DNA from: Pseudogymnoascus verrucosus
Taxonomy: Eukaryota
Strand: one strand, 5' to 3'
Length of the DNA stretch: 64,000 nucleotides
Assembly: GCA_001662655.1 (NCBI GenBank)
Contig: KV460212.1
This document shows, one piece after another, positions 46,626 through 57,831 of the stretch. The first letter of the stretch is position 1; every line of letters starts with the position of its first letter. The translations under genes were made by a program, and so were the position numbers. Below the pieces are notes generated by a model. It saw nothing but the letters and a program-made list of their open reading frames with translations, searched no databases and was not told where the DNA came from.

Positions 46626-48685
46626 GGGGGTATTGTTACGTTGTTCGTCGAGGGAGTTTGGCGTTGAAGGACATTGTTGGATGGATAGTGGTCTTAACTG
46701 CGATTTTGAGCGGGAGTGTACAGCACATAGAGTGGGAGCTAGGGAAAAAGACTTCTAGCACGGCACATTGGCCGAGGAAACCTCAACATCACTCATCCCC
46801 GATCTCCATCCGTGTTTGTCGCTCAACTCCGATCTATCTTCTTCAAAGTCGCCTGATTATATAATCCCCCGCTGACACACACTCCCTCCCGCCTTTCCCG
46901 TCAGTTGATGATCCACAATCCAAGGCCACACGTGACCAAACTTCTCTACAAGCAGCCAGGCAACGATTCCAGGGGTCCATATGATTGGCCTGCTGACCCA
47001 TGACCCCTTATTCAGCCTTAGGAGAAAGTCGAAGTAATCGCCGTTCTAACGCACATCAGCAGATGAGGCTGGGCAGCTGATAACGGGACAGCCAGGAGGC
47101 GCGGTTGTGACGGAGAAGGCAATGAAGAGTATATATATGTTGCCGCCCCATCGAGGCTTTTTGTTGCTTACATGATTTATCATATATGCGACAAACTTCA
47201 AATAACAAGCCAAGTCAATTAAACACCAAACACTCAAATCAATATACTCAGGAACAAAGTTCACAAATCAAAGCTAAAGATCCAGCATCCAAGCAGAAAT
47301 AAGCAAAAAACCGTGGCCACATCTGCGGCCATATCACACAAACAACCATGCTAGGCATCTTCACGGCTCTCTTCAGCGAGGTCATGGACCTCTGGGACGC
47401 CTTCCTCTATGGGCTCGGCAGCCTGCTTTCGTGCGATTGAACGTTGCCTTTTGGGATGCTCGAGAGCGCGGATAAGTGCATATGCACGATTCTGCAGCCA
47501 GATAGACAGCAGATGATGCAGACGGGGCGAGGGCACGCAGTATTGAATCGATCGGGGAGGAGTGATCACGGTAATGGAAAGAGCGGGTGGTGGCATATAG
47601 GGTCCCCACCACGTGTACTGATTGGGTCCGAGGACAGAGGACCTGTAACTTGCATATATGGAAACGGATGGCGGCGTTTTGGGATGGAAGATTCCGGGTT
47701 GATTCATGGACTGGAAGATGAAATTATGGATGGTGTTTGAGTTGTGTATGGGTGGGTAAAATGGCGCTTTGTTGCTGTATGGTTCATGTTTGAGACGGGT
47801 GTCAGTCCCTATATTTCAGTGTACCAAGACGTGTAAAAATTACAATATTTTGGAGAACCAACCTTTCTTTCCAGGAGTATTGAAATCCCGAGGGCGGGCG
47901 ATGGAGAAAGTTCCTCAGTCCCTTCTATATCTGATGGGTCTGTCTGTGAATACTTTCGCCCTGTAATTACGCATACCTTTCTCGTAATAGCATGCCTCTA
48001 CCTATCCAAAAGGTTGACTCCTTGTGCCTCCCTATCTGCCATCGATACATCTCTTGTCATTAAATCATTCTCAGTATTTCTTCGTTTGGGGGGTGAGCCT
48101 ATGACCGTAAAGTACTCAGCGGGCACTAATGACTTGATTGTTTGCAACCGTAGTTACAACTCAAGCGTGTCTTCATCCTTCCCCCTGAAAAAATAATACC
48201 TGATCTCCAAAACAAATCCCTTTATTGTCCACCTTTATCATAACAGCTTGGTGTCCAAGCTATACTTATATACGGTGCGTGCTTTTGCAACCTCTGTAAA
48301 ACGGATGCCTCTTATTTACTCTCCTGGACAAGACCATAACCTCAATAACAATCCTTCCGTCGCCTACCGTCATCTCTGGAGCTTATTCAAGCTACTACTT
48401 CATTTATTTCATTTGAGCAGCCAAGGACAACAAAGAATACAACTAACTGCCTGGAAATAGACAATTGGTCATATTGTCTGTTGTAGTGACAGCCAAACTC
48501 GAATATAATGATATGTTCGGGACCACCTGGATCCCTATATCCAAAACTCTTTATCTACAGTAACCTTGCCTCGCTTTTTACTATAGTATACCTTCGGCCA
48601 GGGGCAACAGCCGGTGGACTCCTGTCCTAACTCTTGTGCTGCCTCATGAAAGCTCCTCCGCAAAGACTCGAAAGTCTTGATGTAG

Positions 48686-50164
48686 CTACTTCCACACAGG
48701 AAGAAAGATGAAGACTAACGTCATCGCCGTCGCAAATATTACACCAACAACCACGCTCTGGAACACAATCCTGTGTTGAAGGTCACGAAGTGCGAGGTCT
48801 TTGATACGCACTTTGTTCTCGAAAGGAGACAACCTCTTATACATCCTGATGAGGCTCGACATATTCGAATCGGCGCTGCTACTAGCTTGTTGCTGTTGTT
48901 CGATAGCCTGCTTCTCCCATGGGAGGTGATTCCGACGGCTAAGAAGCAGCATGAAGAAGCATGAGCCGCGGAGACCCGAGAGCAACAGGCCCATGCCAAA
49001 CCACCACATCGGCCACGAGAAGAGCACATCCCACCGTGCGCGCATACCTGGGTGTGGGTAAAATGCGCGCACGAAGACGAGAATGAAGCCGGCTAACGTG
49101 AGTAACGCCCCGAAAGTGGTCGCAGCACACACTGTCTCGAAAGTCCCATTGCTAACGCCAATGCGCACAAAGTTCCTGTGGGAACAGTTCTTTAGGAGTT
49201 GATAGCAGTGCTCGGCGATTGGCCTAAAACGAACAGGCGCGTCATCGTGCTCGAGGGCAAGTAAAACGGCATTTCTCATTCCAGGGGGTATGTTCAACTC
49301 TTTCTCAGAGCCAGGCATGAGGAATAGGTCGACGACTTTTGGCAGGTCGGCGCGCGTCAATGCGGAACCTGGGGATTTGGGATTCCTGCATGTACCGAAG
49401 CTACAGGACTCCATGAAAGACTTCATGAACGAGCGGGACTTTTCCGACTTCGAAGGGGCGCATTTACTTGTTTGGTCAATGAGGGCGGCTATCTTAGCCG
49501 TGATATCATCTGACTCTATAGTGGCGTCAGTAAAGTCTCGGAGGGTATGCAAGGGGGTACTAGGGGCCTACCAGATCCATGTGCAACGTCACATTCTATG
49601 TCTAAGTCAAAGACATTATTGTGAGACTCTGGAAATTTGCATTCATTCTCTGTCAGTCTATGGTGAGATGAAGTGGTGTTCTTCGAAACCTGCGATCCCC
49701 TATCCGACAAGACTGACGATGGGATGGTTGGAAGTGCTTCATCAGGACATGCAACATAGGTGGCCTGGTAGTGAATAAACCTGTTCTCCTGTCAGATTCG
49801 ACGTGTCGCATACGCTTGGCAAGCGGGTGGTGTCACCTACCACATGTAAAACTCGAGGTTTTCGGGAGAATGCTCGACATGCTTGAGGTACCTGTAAAAA
49901 TCACTGAGGGACATTGGACTGCCTACAGGATTGAAGCAGCTGGTTAGATGCGAATGATGAGAGGCAGGATAGCAACCCACAAGTCCAATTTTGGAGGAGT
50001 TGGTCGAGGCCGAGGCGAGTGGGCACTTCTATGCTGCCACGTCGAAGGGTGCTTTCACGCTTCCCATCTCGAACAGCTGCGGAAAATTCTCGGATATCTT
50101 GATAGGAAGGCTTCCTGTACCATTGAATCCAATTTTGGATTTCATCCAAAGTCGGAAGAATCAT
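48686..50164 (-). CDS. RGS-domain membrane protein (Rax1/RgsB-like architecture), multi-exon
   Basis: LDQLLQNWT/CSPMSLSDFYRYLKHVEHSPENLEFYMW; FLMPGSEKELNIP; CSHRNFVR; three C-terminal TM segments (GSCF..LL, IVFQSVVVG..FIFLPVWK). Internal exon boundaries not all resolved. Confidence 0.8.
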
Positions 50165-52244
50165 CTTTGGTAGCAGCACCGTCGACCGGGAATAGGGAGA
50201 GAAAGGCTGCCAGCTCGGTCGTCAGGGCGTATCAGGCGGTTTGACTTGGACACATTGAAGTTTGAAGTTTGAAGAAGTTGGATACGAGGAAGTGGAAGGG
50301 GGGGCGTTATTATTAGTATTGGATAGGCCGCTTTTACACTGAGGGTTATCGTGCCGAGGTGTCTCTAACAGCGGCGCTGTGAGCTTGGAGAAAAAGGGGG
50401 GAAGGGGGAGGAGGAGGCGGTGGGAAAGTAGACCGGACAAAGGCTTCCTATTGTACACATTACTTCTCTCGTACCACGGGATAAGCTCTCTCGCATTGGT
50501 TGCAATGTCTACTTCCAGCACCGAGACAAGCCAACACATCCATGATTCTTGTGTTCGGGTGTTCACAGTGCATGTGTCCAAAGCATGTCTACCATGCGTC
50601 CTTGCCAACTTCTCCGACGAAGGGGGAGCTTCTGTAAGATTAGAAGGCGCATGGTCAACTGCGACAATGCTCTCCGTTGCCTTGCTGACGACATGCACAT
50701 TGCAGGAAGCAGACGGTTTTCTACCTCTTGTAGAAAGCAGCCCCTTGGGTGCTCACAGCGGGAAGCAAGGAAGCGCGGGTGCGGAAATCAAGTCCCCGGC
50801 TTTGGGGGACAATACTTTGTGACCCATGCGGATCACCACCGAATGTGATAAGAGTCTTCGTCCTTTTCGGTGACTCAGATACGTAGTCTTCTACCGATCT
50901 GACACAAATATTGCAACACTACCAGTAAAAATGCTGATTTATTGTGCCGTGCGAAGCAAGGTAGCACAATCACATCAGTCAGCCCATGTCGTGCATCCCT
51001 CAGCTGCGACTGAGAGAGTTGGGGTCTAAGCTATGACCCTGATCTGCGTCTACCCGTGCCCCATCTGTGCGCATTGGCTGAAAGCGGGCTGGCTAGCGGT
51101 CGATCAGATGCAGTGGACCCCTCTTAATGGACCCTTGGCCAAGTTAGTTAATCCCGGAACACCCCATCTGTCCCTATTCAGGACAAAGAGATCGCGCTTC
51201 CATCGATATGCCAGTATTCGAGTATTACACAAGCAGTGGGAAATGGCTCAGGATGCTTCCCATTTCCTGCAAAGCATATTGCCAAGTGGAAAGGCGGCAT
51301 ATTGTTAATAAACGGCTTGGGCACAACCGCCTCATCGCATGGTTTCCACAATGACCTAGCATTTATTATTTATCCCGTATCTGTCAGTAATACTACTTTT
51401 ACCATGCTTCTCCTACCTAGATACTGGTGCAGTCTAGAAAGGTACGTTTCTATCACATGACCTTGTGTAATCAGCCTGGTCGAAACAGCACGGCCTGTTG
51501 CACTGCCCCCATGACGGTTTTCATCACCAACTCGACGAAGTGAGCAGCCCACCAGTCCGCCTTGTCAGTTTGTGAAGTTCTCTCAGAATCTGCCACAAGA
51601 CGTCGTTCAGAAGCAAGGTCGAGAGACCTCGCTCGAAGAGTTGCGGTGTAAGTGATGCAAATCCACGCTCGGCGAGGGCCCATGAAATGACCCGAGAGTC
51701 TCGGAAATCGTGACGAGCTGTGGGACAGAACAAATCCTGGCAGCAAAAATCCTTCTTGCAGGACTTTGTTTTAGTGAGTGCACTATTGTATGCAAATAGA
51801 ACATGAATATTGTGTGATGTTTTTTTATTTTTTTCAATTTGAGTCTATATCCACGATACCAATAACTATATTCCTCGTGCCCGATGTCCTGTGTCTATTC
51901 TAATTCCATCCTAGTACCAGTACTCCATATAAATCACACCCAAAGTTGACTATTGCCTCCCGCTCAATCCATATCTCCATATATTGCCCAGTACACTATC
52001 TCCAAACAAGTATATCCTTCAGTCGCAAATGCCGTACACAAAAATCCCCCCTACTCAGCGCGATGTCCGTCATCCACCCCTCCTCCAAAACGCCATAAAA
52101 AAACATGCTGAATATAAAAACCTCCCCTTGAAAAAGTCGGCATCACCCCATGCGTTCCTAGCCCCTGTCATCCTGTATCCCTCGACCGACGCATTTCATC
52201 CTCTCCGAATCCTAATCACAACACAGCGGATCGAAATCAGAGAA

Positions 52245-52466
52245 TTAGAAGCGCGCGAATCTAACGCGCCTCCTCGCCGGAGGAGACGGGCACCTCCATG
52301 GGTCTCGGCGGCCGAGGAAGTACTCCTCCTCTTCATACGATCGTAGCACGCGGTTGCGCCTCCATGGGCCTGTGCCGGTGGTGAGGCGGATGGAGTAGTA
52401 GTCGTCACAGTCGCAGTCGCAGCATGGCGAGCAGTTCCATCTGGCTCTGATGCGAACACCGCACAT
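52245..52466 (-). CDS. Putative small (73 aa) Cys/Arg-rich protein
   Basis: ATG 52466 in good AATCATG context; TATATAA at 52663-52669 (minus); A/C-rich leader. Sequence MCGVRIRARWNCSPCCDCDCDDYY...RRRVRFARF*. Confidence 0.45.
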   Translation of the reverse strand: MCGVRIRARWNCSPCCDCDCDDYYSIRLTTGTGPWRRNRVLRSYEEEEYFLGRRDPWRCPSPPARRRVRFARF

Positions 52467-53619
52467 GATTTCTGTGTGTTTGGTGGAGTGCTTGAAAGGT
52501 GGTTTGAGGTGGCCTTGCACTGGTTGTAGAGTTGAAGGCGTGAGGCGGTTGAGGCGGTTTGTAGATTTGATTTGTAGTACTGTAGTATTGCAGTATTGTA
52601 GTAGCGAAGTAGCTGAGTGATTTGAATCAAGAAACTCATTTCTGGACGGGGGATCCTTTTCCTTATATACTCCTCCACGGCCCCTGCAGCCTGCACGTCA
52701 CGATGATCTGCGCATCGTGCAGTGCGCCGGGCCGCACGCACGGCCGCCACATGCGCCATGGCCGCAACCCAAACGAATCACTGCCACTCTCACATGATTG
52801 CAAAATCGATCGCTACGGGTGGATGCAAGCCACCAAAGGGTGTCTTCTGATTTGTTGAAGATGCAAATGATGTAGTTACTGTTGGGAGTTCTCGGTGAGC
52901 GGGCCTCGTGATGAGGTTGGAAAAGTTGGATATCAAGGCAGCGGTTGTTGGACACATATAAGATGGGGATGCCTTGGAGAACGACAGTGAGTCAAAAGCA
53001 TGGCATGGAAGAAATAGGAAGTCGGCCGTTGTTGGGAGGCTTTCATAAGGGTCTGACTGCGTTTCGTTTGCGGCTCGAGAGTTGGTAGCCGGGCGGCTGC
53101 GCCTCGTCCGTAACGCAACTTGGCCGGTCTAAATCGGCTGTTTTGGAAAACCAAGGAAATCAGAGCATGGGTTTTCAAATCGGCCTCTATGACGTGTGAC
53201 ATCGCCATGGAGAATGAAAAATGGCGGTGTTGATGTGGAAAACAAGGTTATTATCATATTTTCTTCACCGATATGCGGTGATAGCAGATGCAGTTGTGCA
53301 TACGTATCGCATGTCTACTTGATTAAGCTTTGCAGGCTAATACATGAGCATTGATAGTACTCTTGACATGTTTTTGCCTCACCAATACCCATGTCCTCGT
53401 CTTCCAATAGTGGGGAGTATATTGCCCCGAGCCTTTCCGAGGAAATAGTCGTAAGCACTCAAAAGTACCATCACTACCACGAATGCCTCATTATTTCATT
53501 TTCCCCAGTGATCCCAGAGGAAAATTACTCCTCCGACGCATCCCCAGCCCCAAAGGCAGCCCCTTCAGTTCCCCGTTCCTAATTTCTCCCATCCACATAG
53601 GGAAGTTCTCCAGCTGGCA

Positions 53620-54564
53620 TCAACCATTAATCTCCCATCCCTCCAGAGAATCCAGGAATAAAACGATATCACGCAGCATATTCCCCGAAAACCAATGATC
53701 AAGCCCCGTATACTCATTCCATCGCGCATCTACGCCCACATGCTTCAGAAACTGGGCCGCCAGCCGCCCAAATTCACACAACACCGTCGCATCGTCGACG
53801 CCATGGCCGAGGAACATCGGGAATTGCTTGAACGGCACAGCAGCGGATTTAGCGCCAGTGATTCCAAGTTCGTTTCTTAACCAGTCTGCGATTCGCTGTA
53901 ATTTAGCTGCTTCCGCTTGTGAGGGCTCGTTGTCAGCAACTGCATTCTCATTTTCGACATCACCGACTTGGCCATTCCCGTTCTCTTGAACTCCGTCGTC
54001 GCCCCTGTCCAGCATCTGTTTCCGAAAGGGGAGCCACCCACACATCCCCACAGCAGCCCCAAGCGGTTCCCCCTGCCACGTCAAGAGCGATATGATAGCC
54101 GCCGCGCACCCCTGACTCAAGCCCATCAAAATCACATTCCTAGCGCCCACAACATCAATCTCCGCCTGCATAAGGGAGTGAACAAAAGACGATGTCTCCG
54201 CAAGTCCCTCAATCATTAGCTCTTCCTTGTACTCGGGAAATATGAGCGGCGACCAGTTGTCGAACCATTGGTGGGTTAGATGGCCGTAAGATGTGGCTCT
54301 GCCGAGACAGGCGGTGGGGAAAATGAATTTGGCATGGGGAAAACAGGCTCGGACGGTGAGGAGTCCACTGAGGCGCCCCAGGTCTTGGGTAGGGGCGATG
54401 GGGTGGTCTAGGAAGCTGGCCGCGAAGCTCTTACCGCTTCCGCCTCGTCCGTGGAGGATGATGAAGGTTTGTTTGTGTTCTTTTACTGGGTCGACGACGA
54501 AGGGCTCGTAGAATTCAGAGGTGCGTTTGCGGTCGAATTCGTCGTCGGGAGTTTCTGGTTCCAT
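53620..54564 (-). CDS. Phospholipase/carboxylesterase (acyl-protein thioesterase-like, alpha/beta hydrolase)
   Basis: IILHGRG; KFIFPTA; QWFDNWS; GLSQG nucleophile elbow; FLGHGVDD..V; YTGLDHW (Ser-Asp-His triad). Confidence 0.9.
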   Translation of the reverse strand: MEPETPDDEFDRKRTSEFYEPFVVDPVKEHKQTFIILHGRGGSGKSFAASFLDHPIAPTQDLGRLSGLLTVRACFPHAKFIFPTACLGRATSYGHLTHQWFDNWSPLIFPEYKEELMIEGLAETSSFVHSLMQAEIDVVGARNVILMGLSQGCAAAIISLLTWQGEPLGAAVGMCGWLPFRKQMLDRGDDGVQENGNGQVGDVENENAVADNEPSQAEAAKLQRIADWLRNELGITGAKSAAVPFKQFPMFLGHGVDDATVLCEFGRLAAQFLKHVGVDARWNEYTGLDHWFSGNMLRDIVLFLDSLEGWEING

Positions 54565-54901
54565 CGCAAATAGTCACGGTGTTGTATTCCTCTTGGTCTT
54601 TTACATGAAACTAGGCTTGCAAGTTGAGCAAGAGACGTTTTGCTGAGGTGGGGTAAGTAGATATTCGGTTGGTGCCTAATGATCCCCGTCCAAAATCCAA
54701 CAAACGCTCTTTGCGCTCGTATTACGATACTGTCCAGTAATAACAAGGCTCAAGCTGTTCCTTTGAGGCCGGCGCTTAAACAAACCACTAAACCAATTAT
54801 ATTTCGCTATCTTTATATGTTGAATTACTTTCTTTATCGTTGACCTCCCCGCACACACTTTCACAACGGGTGATAAAACACCGGCCTTCCCACATCATTA
54901 A

Positions 54902-56544
54902 CTACTCAGCCGCCTTCAGCACCTCTCGAATAACACTCGTATCCTTCTCAACATCCATCTCCCACCCCGAAACCGCAACCCGCACTGCCGGCCTCCCCTC
55001 CCAACTGGTCCCACTAACATAAATCCGATTCTGGTCGTTAATCCGTCCCAGGAGCTCCTCATTCCTCCCCTGGTCTCTCAGGCGGAAGAGCACGATAGTA
55101 CCCACCTCCGCCACCTCCGCAGTAGGAAGTAACTCATACGCCTCCAGTTCCTTCACCATACTCGCCACCGCCCTCGCGAGACGCACCTGCGTTGCAAACA
55201 ACAGAGCCAGACCCTCACGTCCATGCGCGTGCAGCACAGCATAGATAGGCAGAGCGCTGAAGCGGCGCGAGTTCTCCAAGCCGTGGTTTAGGGGAGAGGG
55301 GATGGGGTCTGTAGCGGACGTCTTGAGGTAGGCTGCTGCGCCGTTGTTGCAGACGTTGTTCAGATCGGTTTCGGTGCGGGTGAGGAGGATGGCGGATGCG
55401 TATGGCTTCGTGGGTTAGCAGGGTATATGCATAGAATGGGGGATAGGTACTGTGTTGAGTGCTTTGTGACAGTCAGCGGTTATGGAGTCGGCGTATTGCA
55501 ACCCTTCGGATGATGCGCGAAGGGAGGCGAACTCTTCTGTTTCGGGGAGGGAACGAGCGAATATCCCGAATGCTGTGATCGTCAGTTTCCAGTCACCAAT
55601 TGGCAAAGAAAGCATGCAACACCCAGCGAACGCAGACACCGAAGATAAAGCCTGTACATACCACCATCAACATGAATCCAAGCCCTCCCCTTCGCAACCT
55701 CCTCCAAACACCCCTTTAACCCCTTCATCTCCTCCTCCCCCCCAAAATACCTCCCCGTATTCACCTCTCCCATCCCCACAACCACAACACTCACCCACCC
55801 CTCCCTCCCCGCCTCCCTCCCCGCCTCCCTCCTCACCTTCTCCAAATCCAGCCTCCACGGCTCCCCCTCAACCCCGACATCCCTCACATTCCCCCGCCCC
55901 AGCCCTAACACCCCGGCAGCTTTGTACACACTACTATGCGCCGCCGCACCGAGGATCTGCACCCCTTTCACCCCGGCTTGCACACACGCTCCTACGATCC
56001 CCGCACTCGCTACTGTCTCCGCGCTTCCGCTAGCCTTGAGTCGACGATCGAGAAGGGCGTCCCGCGCCGTCGCCATGGCGAGGATGTTACTCCCCGTCGC
56101 GCCTGGCGTGATGGCGCGTCCACCCCATACCTCGGGAGACAGGCGCAGCAGCTCAGTCAGCATGGTCAGCGTGTGCGCTTCGATAGTTGTGGCGAGGGAG
56201 GCGCCGCGGTCGTGGACGGCGACGTTGCAATCTAGGGCTGTAGCGAGGTTGTCTGCTGCGGCAGCGATGGGGAGGGTGGAGCCGGTGACGAAGGCGTAGA
56301 AGGCGGGGGTGAGTAGGGGGGATGAGAAGGCGGGGGGGAGGGTGAGGAGGTGGGACAGGGTCGTGGGGGGGTGGCCGGTGGGGGGGAGGTGGGAGAGGAG
56401 GGTTGGGGTGAGGGTCGTGAGGGTCGTGGGGGTGGGGAAGGGGAGGGGGGGGCGGGCAGAGAGGGAGGTGCTGATGAGGGTTGCGACTGTGGTGCGGTCG
56501 AGGGGGGGGGTGGTGAATGTTGAATTGGGGGTTGGGGAGGACAT
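54902..56544 (-). CDS. PLP-dependent group II amino acid decarboxylase-like protein, multi-exon
   Basis: FYAFVTGS; TPGATGSNILA; AHSSVYKAAGVLG; GEVNTG; WIHVDG/AFG; ADSITADCHKALN (PLP Lys); GLENSRRFSALP; IVLFR; YVSGTSW. Confidence 0.88.
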
Positions 56545-56814
56545 GATGGCGGCGGTGTGGGTGGCGGCGTGTAGGTTAGGCGGGGTTGCTTCAAATGGTT
56601 GTCAATGGATGGACGAGGTTGTCGATATTATAGTTCTTGATTATTAGGCGGTATCTTGATCTTCAAAGTCTTCGAGTTTTATAGAAGGGGGGGGTTATAA
56701 GGAGGGACCGGAATTTACAAGTGACTCAAGCTCACGAAGGAGCATGACAACCCCGCTACTGTGATCCTTTAGTGGGGTACGACCCCTGACAACTCTAGTC
56801 CACGCTAGAATATA

Positions 56815-56876
56815 ACGTCTGTCCCTGCATGCGAGAAACCCCTTGTGGCGAGAAAAATGATAGGTACCTTGACTTC
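56815..56876 (+). mobile_element. Solitary terminal fragment of the pogo/Fot1-like MITE family seen at 62481-62878
   Basis: TA|ACGTC...GCGAGAAACC...CGAGAAAAATGATAGGTACCTTGACTT aligns over about 60 nt (roughly 80% by eye) to the reverse complement of 62817-62878. Confidence 0.7.
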
Positions 56877-57831
56877 AAGCAATTCAGATTCTGTGTAAAC
56901 ATCGACAGTTCCCAAAGTTCTGTATCAGTCATATGGTGTGACCATTCCTGAACACTCTTGACCCGGATACCTGGAAAATTATGTTTGTATCATCGTCGTC
57001 GCGTCTGGTTTTCAGAGAGCATTATTTCGTAGCGTAGCAGGACTCCTCTACCACAGTACTACAATCAAACTTCTACCGTTGCTGAAACCTATAAGCCATC
57101 CATATCTTACCCTCCGAGTCCTTCAGGACTACCAAGAAGTTATCGCCAGCCTTGTGGCTGCCGTGTGGCGCAAATTCATTCCATGTCGGTGTGTCGGTTG
57201 GTACCTCTAATCAAATCTTAGGTTTACTTATAGCTTAGAGTAATTTTCTTACGTAATCAACATGTAGAAAGCATGTGGCTGTGCGCCAGGTCATCACACA
57301 TTCAATAAAGTTATTCGTTAGTCCCAGGTATGTTCAGTTCTTACCGCAGATCTTGGGAATGTCTGGAATTCTTACATTATGCTCCTTCGCGCGACTTATG
57401 GAAAGTTGTGCTTCCTGGTTACGATGGTTGGGCAGTGTCGCGATTTAGCCAGCCACACAAAACGAGCGGCGTATCGCCAGCCTTACTTTGGACCAGCATT
57501 GCAACTTTCAGACCACTTATAGTAAGGATAGTGGCAACGCACCCATGCAGCTAGTGGCACTCCTGTTGCCCCCAATAAAGGGCTTGTACGGAAACTGTTT
57601 AAAGACAGCCTGCAACCTGGCTTGCCACAACGAGTTTTTCAAGCTAACTCTATCGCAAACGCTCTTGGTACTCGGCCACACCATACGAACCCACGAACCC
57701 ACAATCTGATCTGGTAGCCACGTCCGGGTACGCAAGTCCAAAAGCCGACTTTCGTGACGCTTTCAAATACTAATTAGTCGTTGTAGTATATTGCAGCCTA
57801 GATACACCCACCGAAATCGCTATCGATTGCA

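Noticed and set aside
47351..47707. 118-aa minus-strand ORF
   Set aside because: The C-terminal part looks protein-like, but no motif, splice structure or promoter evidence supports a call.
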